A DNA stretch of 41,398 nucleotides from positions 1 to 41,398 of the forward strand of contig VAXK01000053.1 of NCBI GenBank assembly GCA_005885565.1, read 5' to 3'. A model generated the notes under the pieces. That model was not told where the DNA came from. It saw only the letters and a program-made list of their open reading frames with translations, and did no database searches. Origin of the DNA: Actinomycetota bacterium (lineage in GTDB: Bacteria; Actinomycetota; Thermoleophilia; Gaiellales; Gaiellaceae). Below are positions 15,640 to 24,016 of this stretch, piece after piece. Position numbers and translations under genes: made by a program. The number at the start of each line of letters is the position of its first letter. The first letter of the stretch is position 1.

Positions 15640-18099
15640 ATGGCAGTAGCAACGCAGCGCCAGACGACGGTGTCGGCCACCGTCGGCGGGCGCGAGATCA
15701 CGTTCGAGAGCGGCAAGCTCGCGAAGCAGGCCGACGGCGCGGTCGTCGTCCGCTCCGGCGAGACGATGGTGCTCGCGACGGCGCAGGGCAGGACCGAGGC
15801 CCGGGAGGGCGCGGACTTCTTCCCGCTCACCGTCGACGTCGAGGAGCGGATGTACGCCGCCGGCAAGATCCCCGGCGGCTTCTTCAAGCGTGAGGGCCGG
15901 CCCACGGAGCGCGCCATCCTGACGGCGCGCATGATCGACCGGCCGATCCGGCCCCTGTGGCCGAAGGGCTTCCGGAACGAGGTGCAGGTGATCTGCACCG
16001 TCCTGTCCGCCGACCTCGTGACGGCGCACGACATCCTGTGCATCAACGGCGCCTCGGCGGCGCTGATGATCTCGCCGCTCCCGTTCCTCGGGCCGGTCGG
16101 CGCCGTCCGGATCGGCCGCATCGACGGCGAGCTCGTCGTGAACCCGACCCTCCCCGACCTCGAGGAGTCGGCGCTCGACCTGATCGTCGTCGGCACGAAG
16201 GAAGGCCTGACGATGGTCGAGGCCGGCGCGGACGAGGTTCCCGAGGACATGCTGCTCCAGGCGCTCGAGCTCGCCCACGTCGAGATCGTGAAGCTCTGCG
16301 AGGCCCAGGAGGAGCTCCGGCGCGAGACCGGGAAGCCGAAGTGGCTCGACCCGGCGCTGACGGAGGAGCTCGAGGGCCAGCACGGCGAGGAGCTCCGGCG
16401 GCGGATCGCCTCCGACGGCCTGCGCGAGGCCGGGGCGCTCGTCGAGGAGATCCTGCCGACGCTCAGCATGGACTCGACGGAAGAGGACGTCACGCGCCAG
16501 ATGCAGATGCGCCAGAGCCTCGCGCTGATCCTCGAGAACGCGCGGCTCGACGCCGTCAAGGGCCCGGTGCACGAGCAGTTCGAGGCCGACCTGCGCGCGC
16601 TGACCGAGGCCGAGCAGGACTCGAAGGAGCTCAAGTCGGCGAAGCGGCACCTGCTCTTCGAGCGGATTATCGAGACCGTCGAGCTGCCGTTCCCGGTCGG
16701 CCCGGCCACCGTCGACGGCGACGCGCCGGCGGTGAAGGACTCGCTGACGAAGAGCTACGTCAAGAAGGCCGCCGAGGCGATCTACAAGGAGCTCGTGCGC
16801 CGGAAGATCGCCGTCGAGAAGCGGCGGCCGGACGGTCGCGGCGCGGAGGAGATCCGTCCGATCGAGTGCGAGGTCTCGGTGAGCCCGCGCACGCACGGCT
16901 CGGCGCTCTTCACGCGCGGCCAGACGCAGATCATGACCCTGCTCACGCTCGGCACCGCCAAGGAGGGGCAGCGGATCGACGACCTCTCCCTCGAGGCGGA
17001 GCGCCGCTACATGCACCACTACAACTTCCCGCCCTACTCGGTCGGGGAGACGGGCTTCATGCGCGGCCCGAAGCGGCGCGACATCGGCCACGGCGCGCTC
17101 GCGCAGCGGGCGCTCGAGCCGATGGTCCCGCCGCTCGAGGACTTCCCGTACACGATCCGGCTCGTCTCGGAGACGCTCGAGTCGAACGGCTCGTCCTCGA
17201 TGGGCTCGGTCTGCGGATCGACGCTCGCCCTGATGGACGCAGGCGTGCCGATCAGGCGGCCCGTGTCCGGAATCGCCATGGGTCTCGTCAAGGAGGGCGA
17301 GGACTACGTGATCCTGACCGACATCCAGGGCGCCGAGGACCACCTCGGGGACATGGACTTCAAGGTCGCCGGGTCGCGCGAGGGCATCACCGCGCTCCAG
17401 ATGGACATCAAGATCACCGGCGTCACGCAGGAGATCATGCGCGGCGCGCTCGAGCAGGCGAAGAGGGCGCGCGAGTTCATCCTCGAGAAGATGCTCGAGG
17501 CGATCCCCGAGCCGCGCACCGAGCTGTCCGCGACGGCGCCGCGTATCTCGACGGTCAAGATCGACCCCGAGAAGATCGGCATGGTGATCGGCAAGGGCGG
17601 CGAGACGATCCGCGCGCTCGAGTCCGAGAACGAGGTACAGATCGACATCGAGGAGGACGGCACGATCCTCATCTACGCGACCGACGGCCCGAAGGCGGAG
17701 GGTGCGATCGCCGCGATCGAGGCGCTGACGAAGGAGCCGGAGGTGGGGGACACCTACACCGGCAAGGTCGTCAAGACGACGCAGTTCGGCGCGTTCGTCG
17801 AGCTGAAGAAGGGCACGGACGGCCTGCTCCACGTCTCGAACGTAGGCCCGGGCCGCGTCGGCCACATCGAGGACGTGATCGACCGCGGCGACGTGCTCGA
17901 CGTGCTCGTCCAGGAGGTGGACAAGGCACGCGGCCGGATCGGCCTGAAGTTGATCGCCAAGCACGAGAACGGCTCGCTCGTCCAGCCGGAGGAGCTGATC
18001 GAGCGGGCGAAGAACGCCCCGCCCCGCGAGCGCGAGGAAGAGCGTCCGCGCGGCGGACGCGACCGCGGCCGAGGCGGCCGCGACCGCGGGCGGAGGTAG
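15640..18099 (+). CDS. pnp: Polyribonucleotide nucleotidyltransferase (PNPase)
   Basis: Two RNase PH domains, KH ('GMVIGKGGETIRALE') and S1 ('GDTYTGKVVKTTQFGAFVEL'). ATG 15640 is preceded by GGAGGA. C-terminal RGG-type tail. Confidence 0.95.
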   Translation: MAVATQRQTTVSATVGGREITFESGKLAKQADGAVVVRSGETMVLATAQGRTEAREGADFFPLTVDVEERMYAAGKIPGGFFKREGRPTERAILTARMIDRPIRPLWPKGFRNEVQVICTVLSADLVTAHDILCINGASAALMISPLPFLGPVGAVRIGRIDGELVVNPTLPDLEESALDLIVVGTKEGLTMVEAGADEVPEDMLLQALELAHVEIVKLCEAQEELRRETGKPKWLDPALTEELEGQHGEELRRRIASDGLREAGALVEEILPTLSMDSTEEDVTRQMQMRQSLALILENARLDAVKGPVHEQFEADLRALTEAEQDSKELKSAKRHLLFERIIETVELPFPVGPATVDGDAPAVKDSLTKSYVKKAAEAIYKELVRRKIAVEKRRPDGRGAEEIRPIECEVSVSPRTHGSALFTRGQTQIMTLLTLGTAKEGQRIDDLSLEAERRYMHHYNFPPYSVGETGFMRGPKRRDIGHGALAQRALEPMVPPLEDFPYTIRLVSETLESNGSSSMGSVCGSTLALMDAGVPIRRPVSGIAMGLVKEGEDYVILTDIQGAEDHLGDMDFKVAGSREGITALQMDIKITGVTQEIMRGALEQAKRAREFILEKMLEAIPEPRTELSATAPRISTVKIDPEKIGMVIGKGGETIRALESENEVQIDIEEDGTILIYATDGPKAEGAIAAIEALTKEPEVGDTYTGKVVKTTQFGAFVELKKGTDGLLHVSNVGPGRVGHIEDVIDRGDVLDVLVQEVDKARGRIGLKLIAKHENGSLVQPEELIERAKNAPPREREEERPRGGRDRGRGGRDRGRR

Positions 18100-18103
18100 A
18101 AGG

Positions 18104-18129
18104 GTCGGGGCCGCTTGCGCGGCCCCGAC
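18104..18129. terminator. Bidirectional GC-rich hairpin between convergent pnp and the secreted-protein operon
   Basis: gtcggggccgc-ttgc-gcggccccgac is a perfect 11-bp stem. It has no strong U-tract on either strand. Confidence 0.55.
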
Positions 18130-18137
18130 TCGAATTC

Positions 18138-18767
18138 CTACACCCCTTTCGAGACGACCTCGCCGCTCGCGAGCGTGGCGTTCTGCGTGCAGTCGTCCGC
18201 TCGGAGCGACGACGACGGAGCGACGAAGGTCACGACGTCGCCGGCGATCGCGGCCGGATACGAACGGCCTCCGCACGTATAGGTGACCGACCGCACGTCC
18301 GGCGCCTTGATGCCGACCACGACGAACGGCTCGCCCGAGCGCTCGGCGTCCGGATCGAGGGCGAGGCCGATGAGCGGCTCCGTGTCGTTCGGCGGCGTCC
18401 GGGTACAGCCCACCGCCGCGGCGAACGCGATGCAGTAGCCGCCGTTCGCAAGCGGAGCCCGGTAGGCGTCGAGGCCGGCGGCGTAGCTGCCGGCCGCGGC
18501 GCCGAAGCGATAAATCGGCCGCGTCGCCGCGATCTCACCGTCGGTCAGCCCGACGTCCCCGCGTATCGAGGCGCGGGAGAGGAACGACTTGGCGTCTGCG
18601 AGAGTCTTGATCTTGATCGTGCCGCCGATCGGGACCCCGCCGGCGCCGTGAGCAGCCCGGACCGCGAGAGCCCGATGAACTCGGGCGTCTCCCAGGCGAC
18701 CCGAGAGAACGAATGCTGCGACGGTGAGGGCGAGAGCGGTCGTGGCGAAGGCGAGCAGGCGTCTCAC
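18138..18767 (-). CDS. Secreted or membrane-anchored hypothetical protein (209 aa, 4 Cys)
   Basis: GTG 18767 is preceded by AAGGGGA, which overlaps the stop region of the upstream gene (8-nt gap). N-terminal hydrophobic signal 'RRLLAFATTALALTVAAFVL'. G/C-ending codons throughout. No family recognised. Confidence 0.65.
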   Translation of the reverse strand: MRRLLAFATTALALTVAAFVLSGRLGDARVHRALAVRAAHGAGGVPIGGTIKIKTLADAKSFLSRASIRGDVGLTDGEIAATRPIYRFGAAAGSYAAGLDAYRAPLANGGYCIAFAAAVGCTRTPPNDTEPLIGLALDPDAERSGEPFVVVGIKAPDVRSVTYTCGGRSYPAAIAGDVVTFVAPSSSLRADDCTQNATLASGEVVSKGV

Positions 18768-18775
18768 GTGTCCCC

Positions 18776-19183
18776 TTAGGTGTGCCAGTCCGTCCAGCAG
18801 CGCGCCGTGTTCGAGCCGTAGCCGGCGTCGGTGATGCACCGCGAGTACACGTAGTAGCCCTGGCTTCCGACTTCGTAGTACACGCAGCAGCTCCCGTTCG
18901 TGTGGACGACGCCGAAGGAGCCGGTGCCCGCCGAGTAGTAGTACACCCGCGTGTGGCAGCCGTACTTGCAGGTGATGACGTTGCTGTCCCGGAGCGCGAC
19001 GCTCGCAGTCGTCTTCGGCGCATCGGAGTAGACGGTGCAGTAGTTGAGGGCGTCTCCGCAGTAGTAGGTCGTGTAGCTGGCCGCCCAGCTGATTCCGGCT
19101 GCGAGCGCCAGAGCGGCCGCTGATGCCACCACGGCCAGCCAGACGACCCGCCGCGATCGTGCTCGGAGGTGGGACTTGCTCAT
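18776..19183 (-). CDS. Small secreted Cys/Tyr-rich protein (135-aa precursor, unknown family)
   Basis: ATG 19183 is preceded by GAGGAG. RR-containing signal 'RSRRVVWLAVVASAAALALAAGISWA'. The 101-aa mature part has 8 Cys and 15 Tyr. Third codon positions are G/C-rich, like the host. Confidence 0.65.
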   Translation of the reverse strand: MSKSHLRARSRRVVWLAVVASAAALALAAGISWAASYTTYYCGDALNYCTVYSDAPKTTASVALRDSNVITCKYGCHTRVYYYSAGTGSFGVVHTNGSCCVYYEVGSQGYYVYSRCITDAGYGSNTARCWTDWHT

Positions 19184-19208
19184 CACGCTCCTCGTGATCG
19201 TTGTGTCG

Positions 19209-19237
19209 AGTATACGGCGAAGTTGCACAAGTGTCAG
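19209..19237 (-). promoter_or_regulatory. Near-consensus sigma70-type promoter for the secreted-protein pair
   Basis: On the minus strand: CTGACA, a 17-nt spacer, then TATACT. The predicted TSS gives a leader of about 19 nt that contains the SD. Confidence 0.5.
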
Positions 19238-19355
19238 CTATTGGCGGCGCGTAAGTCTCCCTTTGGCCACTGGCTCGGTCCATCCCTCGGCCGGGCTCAT
19301 GAGCTGAGCAGGTGCGGTCGATGGAAGCGGCGAGCCTCTGTCGGCTCCGACTGCT

Positions 19356-20939
19356 GTGGCGAAGAAACAGTCGACTGTGACACACCTGCGCGGCCTCCTC
19401 GAGGTCACGAGCCTCGTCCGTGGCGAGGACGACCTCGACGCGGTCCTGGAGGCCATCGCCCGGACGATCGCGGAGTGCCTCGGCTTCGGGACGGTCGCGG
19501 TCAACCTCTACCGGCCCGCGTGGGACGACTTCCAGGTCACGAACGTCTACGGCAACCCCGGCGCGCGCGAGGCGCTGCTCGGCGACGCACGCGACCTCGC
19601 CTCTTGGCGGCCCCTCCTCGACGACCGCTTCCTGCGCCGCGGCGCGTACCTGATCCCGCACGAGCACTTCGACTGGGCCGCGGACGTGGCCACCTTCGTG
19701 CCGGACATCGAGCCGACCGACGATCCCGACGCCTGGCACCCGGAGGACGCCCTGATGGTGCCGATGCGGCACAGCGCCGGGCACTTGCTCGGCATCCTCT
19801 CCGTGGACGAGCCGCGCTCGGGGCGCAAGCCGAGCGACGAGGACCTCGACGTGCTCGTCGCGGTCGCCGAGCACGCAGCACTTGCAGTCGAGGGCGCCCA
19901 GGCCGCCGCCGAAGCCGCGCGCCACCGGGCCGCGCTCGAGCAGCTGCTCCGCGTCTCGTCGCGGCTCTCCGAGACCCTCGACGCCGACGAGATCTTCCAG
20001 TCCGTGTGCGAGAGCGTCCGCGACGCGCTCGGGTTCCAGCACGTCGCGATCGAGCTCGTCGAGTCGGCGACCGGCCGCCTGAGCGCCCAGGCCGCGGTCG
20101 GCTGGACGCTCGGGGACGAGACGCTCTCGGCGCCGGTGACGCTGGCCGACATCGCGCCGCTCCTCGATCCCGCCTTCGAGGTCGAGGGCTGCTTCCTGCT
20201 GCCGAGCGACGAGGGCCAGAGGCGCTTCACCGCCGGGCTCTTCGTCTACCACTCGCGCCTGAACGGCCGCGGCCCGTGGGCGTGGAACCGGCACTGGCTC
20301 GTCGTCCCGCTCGTCGACCGGACGGGGAAGACGATCGGCGTCATCTGGGCCGACGAGCCCGAGGACCGGCTTCTCCCGCCGCGCGAGCGTCTCCAGGCCC
20401 TGCGCCTGTTCGCGAACCAGGCCGCGACCGCGGTCACGCTCGTCGAGCACGTGCAGGAGCTGCGCTTCCTGGCCGACCACGATCCCCTGACGCGGCTCCT
20501 GAACCGGCGCGTCTTCATGGAGCGGCTCGACTCGGAGGCGGCCCGCGCCGATCGCTCCGGTCGCCCCTTCGGGCTCGTCCTCTGCGACCTCGACCGGTTC
20601 AAGCTCCTGAACGACTCGCAGGGGCACCTCGCGGGCGACGAGGCCCTTCGGACGCTCGGCCGCATCCTCGGCGACGCGCTCCGCCGCTCCGACGAGGCCT
20701 TCCGCATCGGCGGCGACGAGTTCGCGCTCGTCCTTCCGGACGCCGATCCCGACGCCATCGAGTCCGTCGTGGAGCGGATCACGGTCGCGATGGAAGGCGC
20801 GCTCCAGACCGTTCGGGCGAGCTTCGGCGCGGCCGCCTACCCGAGCGACGCCGGCCACCCCGAGGCGCTCGTGCACGCTGCCGACGCGGCGCTCTACGAG
20901 GCGAAGCGCGCGGGCGAGCGACTGCGTTTCGCCGCGTAA
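19356..20939 (+). CDS. GAF-GAF-GGDEF diguanylate cyclase
   Basis: Two GAF-like modules ('...GILSVDEP', '...GVIWADEP'), then 'DPLTRLLNRRVF...LCDLDRFKLLNDSQGHLAGDEALR...FRIGGDEFALVL' with an intact GGDEF motif. GTG start. Confidence 0.85.
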   Translation: MAKKQSTVTHLRGLLEVTSLVRGEDDLDAVLEAIARTIAECLGFGTVAVNLYRPAWDDFQVTNVYGNPGAREALLGDARDLASWRPLLDDRFLRRGAYLIPHEHFDWAADVATFVPDIEPTDDPDAWHPEDALMVPMRHSAGHLLGILSVDEPRSGRKPSDEDLDVLVAVAEHAALAVEGAQAAAEAARHRAALEQLLRVSSRLSETLDADEIFQSVCESVRDALGFQHVAIELVESATGRLSAQAAVGWTLGDETLSAPVTLADIAPLLDPAFEVEGCFLLPSDEGQRRFTAGLFVYHSRLNGRGPWAWNRHWLVVPLVDRTGKTIGVIWADEPEDRLLPPRERLQALRLFANQAATAVTLVEHVQELRFLADHDPLTRLLNRRVFMERLDSEAARADRSGRPFGLVLCDLDRFKLLNDSQGHLAGDEALRTLGRILGDALRRSDEAFRIGGDEFALVLPDADPDAIESVVERITVAMEGALQTVRASFGAAAYPSDAGHPEALVHAADAALYEAKRAGERLRFAA

Positions 20940-20948
20940 GATCGGTTT

Positions 20949-22250
20949 GTGCAGAAGTACGTCCTGAGCGAGCTCGACACGGGGGAGCGGGTCATCTCGG
21001 AGCGCGTCTCGAGCGTCCGCTCCGTGGCGATCGGCTTCTGGATCGGCGCCGGGTCGCGCGACGAGCGCGCCGACCGCGCCGGCGTGTCGCACTTCATCGA
21101 GCACCTGCTCTTCAAGGGCTCGCGCTCGTACAGCGCGCAGGCGATCGCGGAGATCTTCGACGCCCTCGGCGGCGAGCTGAACGCGGCCACGTCCCGCGAG
21201 CACACCGTCGTCTACGCACGTGTTCCCGACTCGCACCTCGAGGACGCGGTCGACGTGATGACGGACATGGTCTATGCGCCCACGTTCGCCGACGTCGACT
21301 CGGAGCGCGAGGTCGTGCTCGAGGAGATCGCGATGGTCGAGGACACGCCGCAGGAGCTCGTCCACGACCTCTTCTCGGAGGCGGTCTTCGGCGGCAACCC
21401 GCTCGGCCGGCCGGTGATCGGGAGCACGGACGTGATCGCCTCGATCAGCCGACGGGCGATCAGGGCGTACCACCGGTCGATGTACGTCGGCGGCAACGTC
21501 GTCGTCGCGGCCGCCGGGAACCTCGGGCACGAGCGGCTCGTCCGGCTCCTCGACGCGGCGCGGCGGCGCAAGGCGGACGCGCCGCCCAAGGGCACGCGCG
21601 TGCGGCCGCCGCTCGTCAAGGCGCCGCCGCCCGGCCTTCGCTTCGCGCGCAAGGAGACCGAGCAGTACAACCTCTGCCTCGGCGCGCCCGGGATCGCGCG
21701 CTCCGACCGCCGCCGCTTCGCCGCGTCGCTCCTCGACGGGATCCTCGGCGGCTCGGCCTCGTCGCGGCTGTTCCAGGAGATCCGCGAGAAGCGCGGCATG
21801 GCGTACGCCGTCTACAGCTTCACGGGCCAGTACACGGACACCGGCCTCGTCGGGATCTACCTCGGCACGCGGGAGGACAACCTCGCCGCCTGCGTCGAGA
21901 TCGCGGCCGAGCAGGTGGCGGACATCGCCGCAGGCAACCTCCGCGACCAGGAGCTCGAGCGCGCGAAGGAGAACGTCAAGGGGCGGATCATGCTCTCGAT
22001 GGAGTCGACGTCGAACCGGATGAGCCGGCTCGGCAAGTCGCTCATCACCGACACCGAGCTTCTCTCCTTCGACCGGATCATCGCCGAGATCGACGCGGTC
22101 GAGCCGGAGGCGGTCAGCGAGCTCGCGGGCCTGCTGCTCGCGCCGGAGCGCCTGTCGGCGGCCTGCGTCGGCCCGAGCGAGGAACGGTTCCACGAGGCCG
22201 TGGAGCGGATGAGCACGGCGCTCGTGGCGCGCGCCGCCGCGGCGGCGTGA
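20949..22250 (+). CDS. M16-family zinc peptidase (pitrilysin-like)
   Basis: Inverted zinc motif 'HFIEHLLFKG' and 'NAATSREHTVVY'. Conserved position between pnp and dapB in actinobacteria. Confidence 0.9.
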   Translation: MQKYVLSELDTGERVISERVSSVRSVAIGFWIGAGSRDERADRAGVSHFIEHLLFKGSRSYSAQAIAEIFDALGGELNAATSREHTVVYARVPDSHLEDAVDVMTDMVYAPTFADVDSEREVVLEEIAMVEDTPQELVHDLFSEAVFGGNPLGRPVIGSTDVIASISRRAIRAYHRSMYVGGNVVVAAAGNLGHERLVRLLDAARRRKADAPPKGTRVRPPLVKAPPPGLRFARKETEQYNLCLGAPGIARSDRRRFAASLLDGILGGSASSRLFQEIREKRGMAYAVYSFTGQYTDTGLVGIYLGTREDNLAACVEIAAEQVADIAAGNLRDQELERAKENVKGRIMLSMESTSNRMSRLGKSLITDTELLSFDRIIAEIDAVEPEAVSELAGLLLAPERLSAACVGPSEERFHEAVERMSTALVARAAAAA

Positions 22251-22855
22251 AGATCGTCCTCAACGGCCGAGGCGGAAAGGTCGGGAGCGTGCTCGGGCCT
22301 GCGCTCGAGGCGGCGGGGCACGAGCTGGTGGACGAGTTGGGCGGCGCCGACGCGGTGGTCGACTTCACCGGGCCGGAGGTCGTGGAGGCGAACGTGCGCG
22401 CGGCGCTGGAGGCGGGCGTGCCCTGCGTCGTCGGGACGACGGGCTGGGAGCCTGAGCGGCTCGACGGCCTCGCGCGCGAGCGGGGCGTCGCGCTCTTCGT
22501 CGCGCCGAACTTCGCCGTCGGCGCGGTGCTGATGATGCGCTTCGCCGCCGAGGCGGCGCGGCACCTGCCGCGGGCGGAGATCGTCGAGCTCCACGCCGAG
22601 ACGAAGCTGGACGCGCCGTCGGGCACGGCGAAGGCGACGGCGGCGCTCCTGCCCGGCGACCCGCCGATCCACTCCGTCCGCCTTCCTGGCCTCGTGGCGC
22701 ACCAGGAGGTCCTGCTCGGCGGCCTGGGTCAGGTGCTGACGATCCGTCACGACACGACCTCGCGGGAAGCGTTCGTGCCGGGGGTGCTGCTGGCGCTCGA
22801 GAAGCTGCCGACGCTGCCGCCGGGCCTCACGCTCGGGCTCGACGCGCTGCTCTGA
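22247..22855 (+). CDS. dapB: 4-hydroxy-tetrahydrodipicolinate reductase (short, 202 aa)
   Basis: 'VVDFTGPEVVEANVRAALEAGVPCVVGTTGW' and 'IVELHAETKLDAPSGTAKATA'. GTGA overlap with the peptidase stop. Confidence 0.85.
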   Translation: MKIVLNGRGGKVGSVLGPALEAAGHELVDELGGADAVVDFTGPEVVEANVRAALEAGVPCVVGTTGWEPERLDGLARERGVALFVAPNFAVGAVLMMRFAAEAARHLPRAEIVELHAETKLDAPSGTAKATAALLPGDPPIHSVRLPGLVAHQEVLLGGLGQVLTIRHDTTSREAFVPGVLLALEKLPTLPPGLTLGLDALL

Positions 22856-22888
22856 GGCGAGGGCTCGCGTGATGCGAGCCCCCGCCTC
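22854..22888. terminator. Bidirectional hairpin between convergent dapB and the propeller gene
   Basis: gaggcgagggctcgc-gtgat-gcgagcccccgcctc, an imperfect stem of about 14 bp that starts inside the dapB stop codon. Confidence 0.5.
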
Positions 22889-22899
22889 GAGAGGTCGTG

Positions 22900-23946
22900 C
22901 TAGCCGGCCGCTCGGATCGTCCCGAACAGGCCGTGGGCCTCGCCGTCGGGCCCGGCCGTGAAGAACAGCGTGTCGGTGGGGCCGTTGTTGGCGAGCGCCC
23001 CCTTGCCGAACTGGAGCGCCCAGAGGCCGTCGATCGTCAGCACGCCTCCAGCCGCGGATCGCAGCTGGCCGCGAGGCTCGAACCGGCCGTTCGACTGGCG
23101 CGCGAACGCGGTGATCTGACCGTCGCCGAAGTTGCCGACGAGCAGGTCGCCGCCGAAGCGGCCGAAGCTCGCCGGGGCGAGCGCGAGGCCCCACGGCGAG
23201 TTCAGCTGCCCGTGGGTCGCCACCCGGCCGAGCAGCGCGCCGCTCGCGTCGTACTCGTCGACGAAGCCGTGACCCTGGCCGGCGACGTCGTCGTGGCGGT
23301 CGGCGTCCTGCTTCGCGTAGGTCACGAAGATGTCACCGCCGACGTTCTGGATCCCGAACGGCGCGTACCCGGTCGGAATCGACGGGTCGACGAAGGCTCC
23401 GGGCGTGCTCACGTCGCCGAAGCTCCCGTCGAAGACGTCGACCTTGCCGTTGTGGAAGTCGGTCGCGTACAGACGGTCGCCGGCGATCGCGAGGCCCTTG
23501 AAGACCGCGCCGTCGCCCGACTTGTCCGCCACGACCTGAGCCGTCGTCCCGACTGACGGGTTCCAGCCGAGGAGCTTTCCCTCCTCGGTCGCGAACAGGA
23601 AGAGCGCCGGGCCGCTTCCGACGACGAAGCTCGAGCCGGTGTTCGAGACGGCGCCGGTGGGCGCGTTCGGAACCGAGACGACGAGCGGCCTCGGCGTGCC
23701 GTCCGCCGCGTAGAGCGTCGAGACGTCGGTCCCGTTGTCGGCGACCCACCACGGCGAGCCCGGCAGCGACGTGAGCCCCCAGGCGTTGACGAGGTGACTG
23801 TCGGTGTGGTCGGCCGGCAGGAAGCCGTCCGACACGAGGTTGTGCTGGACGTAGGCGTTCTTCTCGGCCGCCGGCGTCGCGGCGGCCAGCACGGCGGCCG
23901 CGACGGCGAGCATCGCAGCGGCCGTCAGGATTCGTCTCACCCTCAT
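22900..23946 (-). CDS. Secreted beta-propeller protein, TIGR03118-like (recalled from memory)
   Basis: Signal peptide 'MRVRRILTAAAMLAVAAAVLAAA'. Repeated blade-like motifs ('NAWGL', 'SPWGLALAP', 'GDLLVGNFGDGQI', 'DGLWALQFG'). Strong SD GGAGGAGGGGG. Confidence 0.75.
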   Translation of the reverse strand: MRVRRILTAAAMLAVAAAVLAAATPAAEKNAYVQHNLVSDGFLPADHTDSHLVNAWGLTSLPGSPWWVADNGTDVSTLYAADGTPRPLVVSVPNAPTGAVSNTGSSFVVGSGPALFLFATEEGKLLGWNPSVGTTAQVVADKSGDGAVFKGLAIAGDRLYATDFHNGKVDVFDGSFGDVSTPGAFVDPSIPTGYAPFGIQNVGGDIFVTYAKQDADRHDDVAGQGHGFVDEYDASGALLGRVATHGQLNSPWGLALAPASFGRFGGDLLVGNFGDGQITAFARQSNGRFEPRGQLRSAAGGVLTIDGLWALQFGKGALANNGPTDTLFFTAGPDGEAHGLFGTIRAAG

Positions 23947-24016
23947 TCCCCCTCCTCCAGACGGGTGCTCAAAGCGGGGAATACGCGCCGAGGGACGGAT
24001 CGGATTGACCTGGGGG

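Noticed and set aside
18776-19355. Lower G+C of the Cys/Tyr-rich gene region (about 58-68% in hand-counted 60-nt blocks) as evidence of horizontal transfer.
   Set aside because: Third codon positions in this gene are still almost all G/C. The lower G+C is explained by the Tyr/Thr/Asn/Ser-rich composition, so composition alone does not support recent acquisition.
15604-22855. Very long ORFs in alternative frames or strands: 15604-18276 (-, 890 aa), 15957-18779 (+, 940 aa), 18138-22193 (-, 1351 aa), 19169-22855 (+, 1228 aa). The same applies to 29416-32580 (-, 1054 aa).
   Set aside because: They are Arg/Ala/Pro/Gly-rich low-complexity translations lying antisense or out of frame to genes with clear family signatures (pnp, GGDEF, M16, ftsK). 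This is the typical stop-codon-poor shadow ORF of high-GC DNA. Only the extreme ends are real genes: 18138-18767 is the secreted protein and 22247-22855 is dapB.
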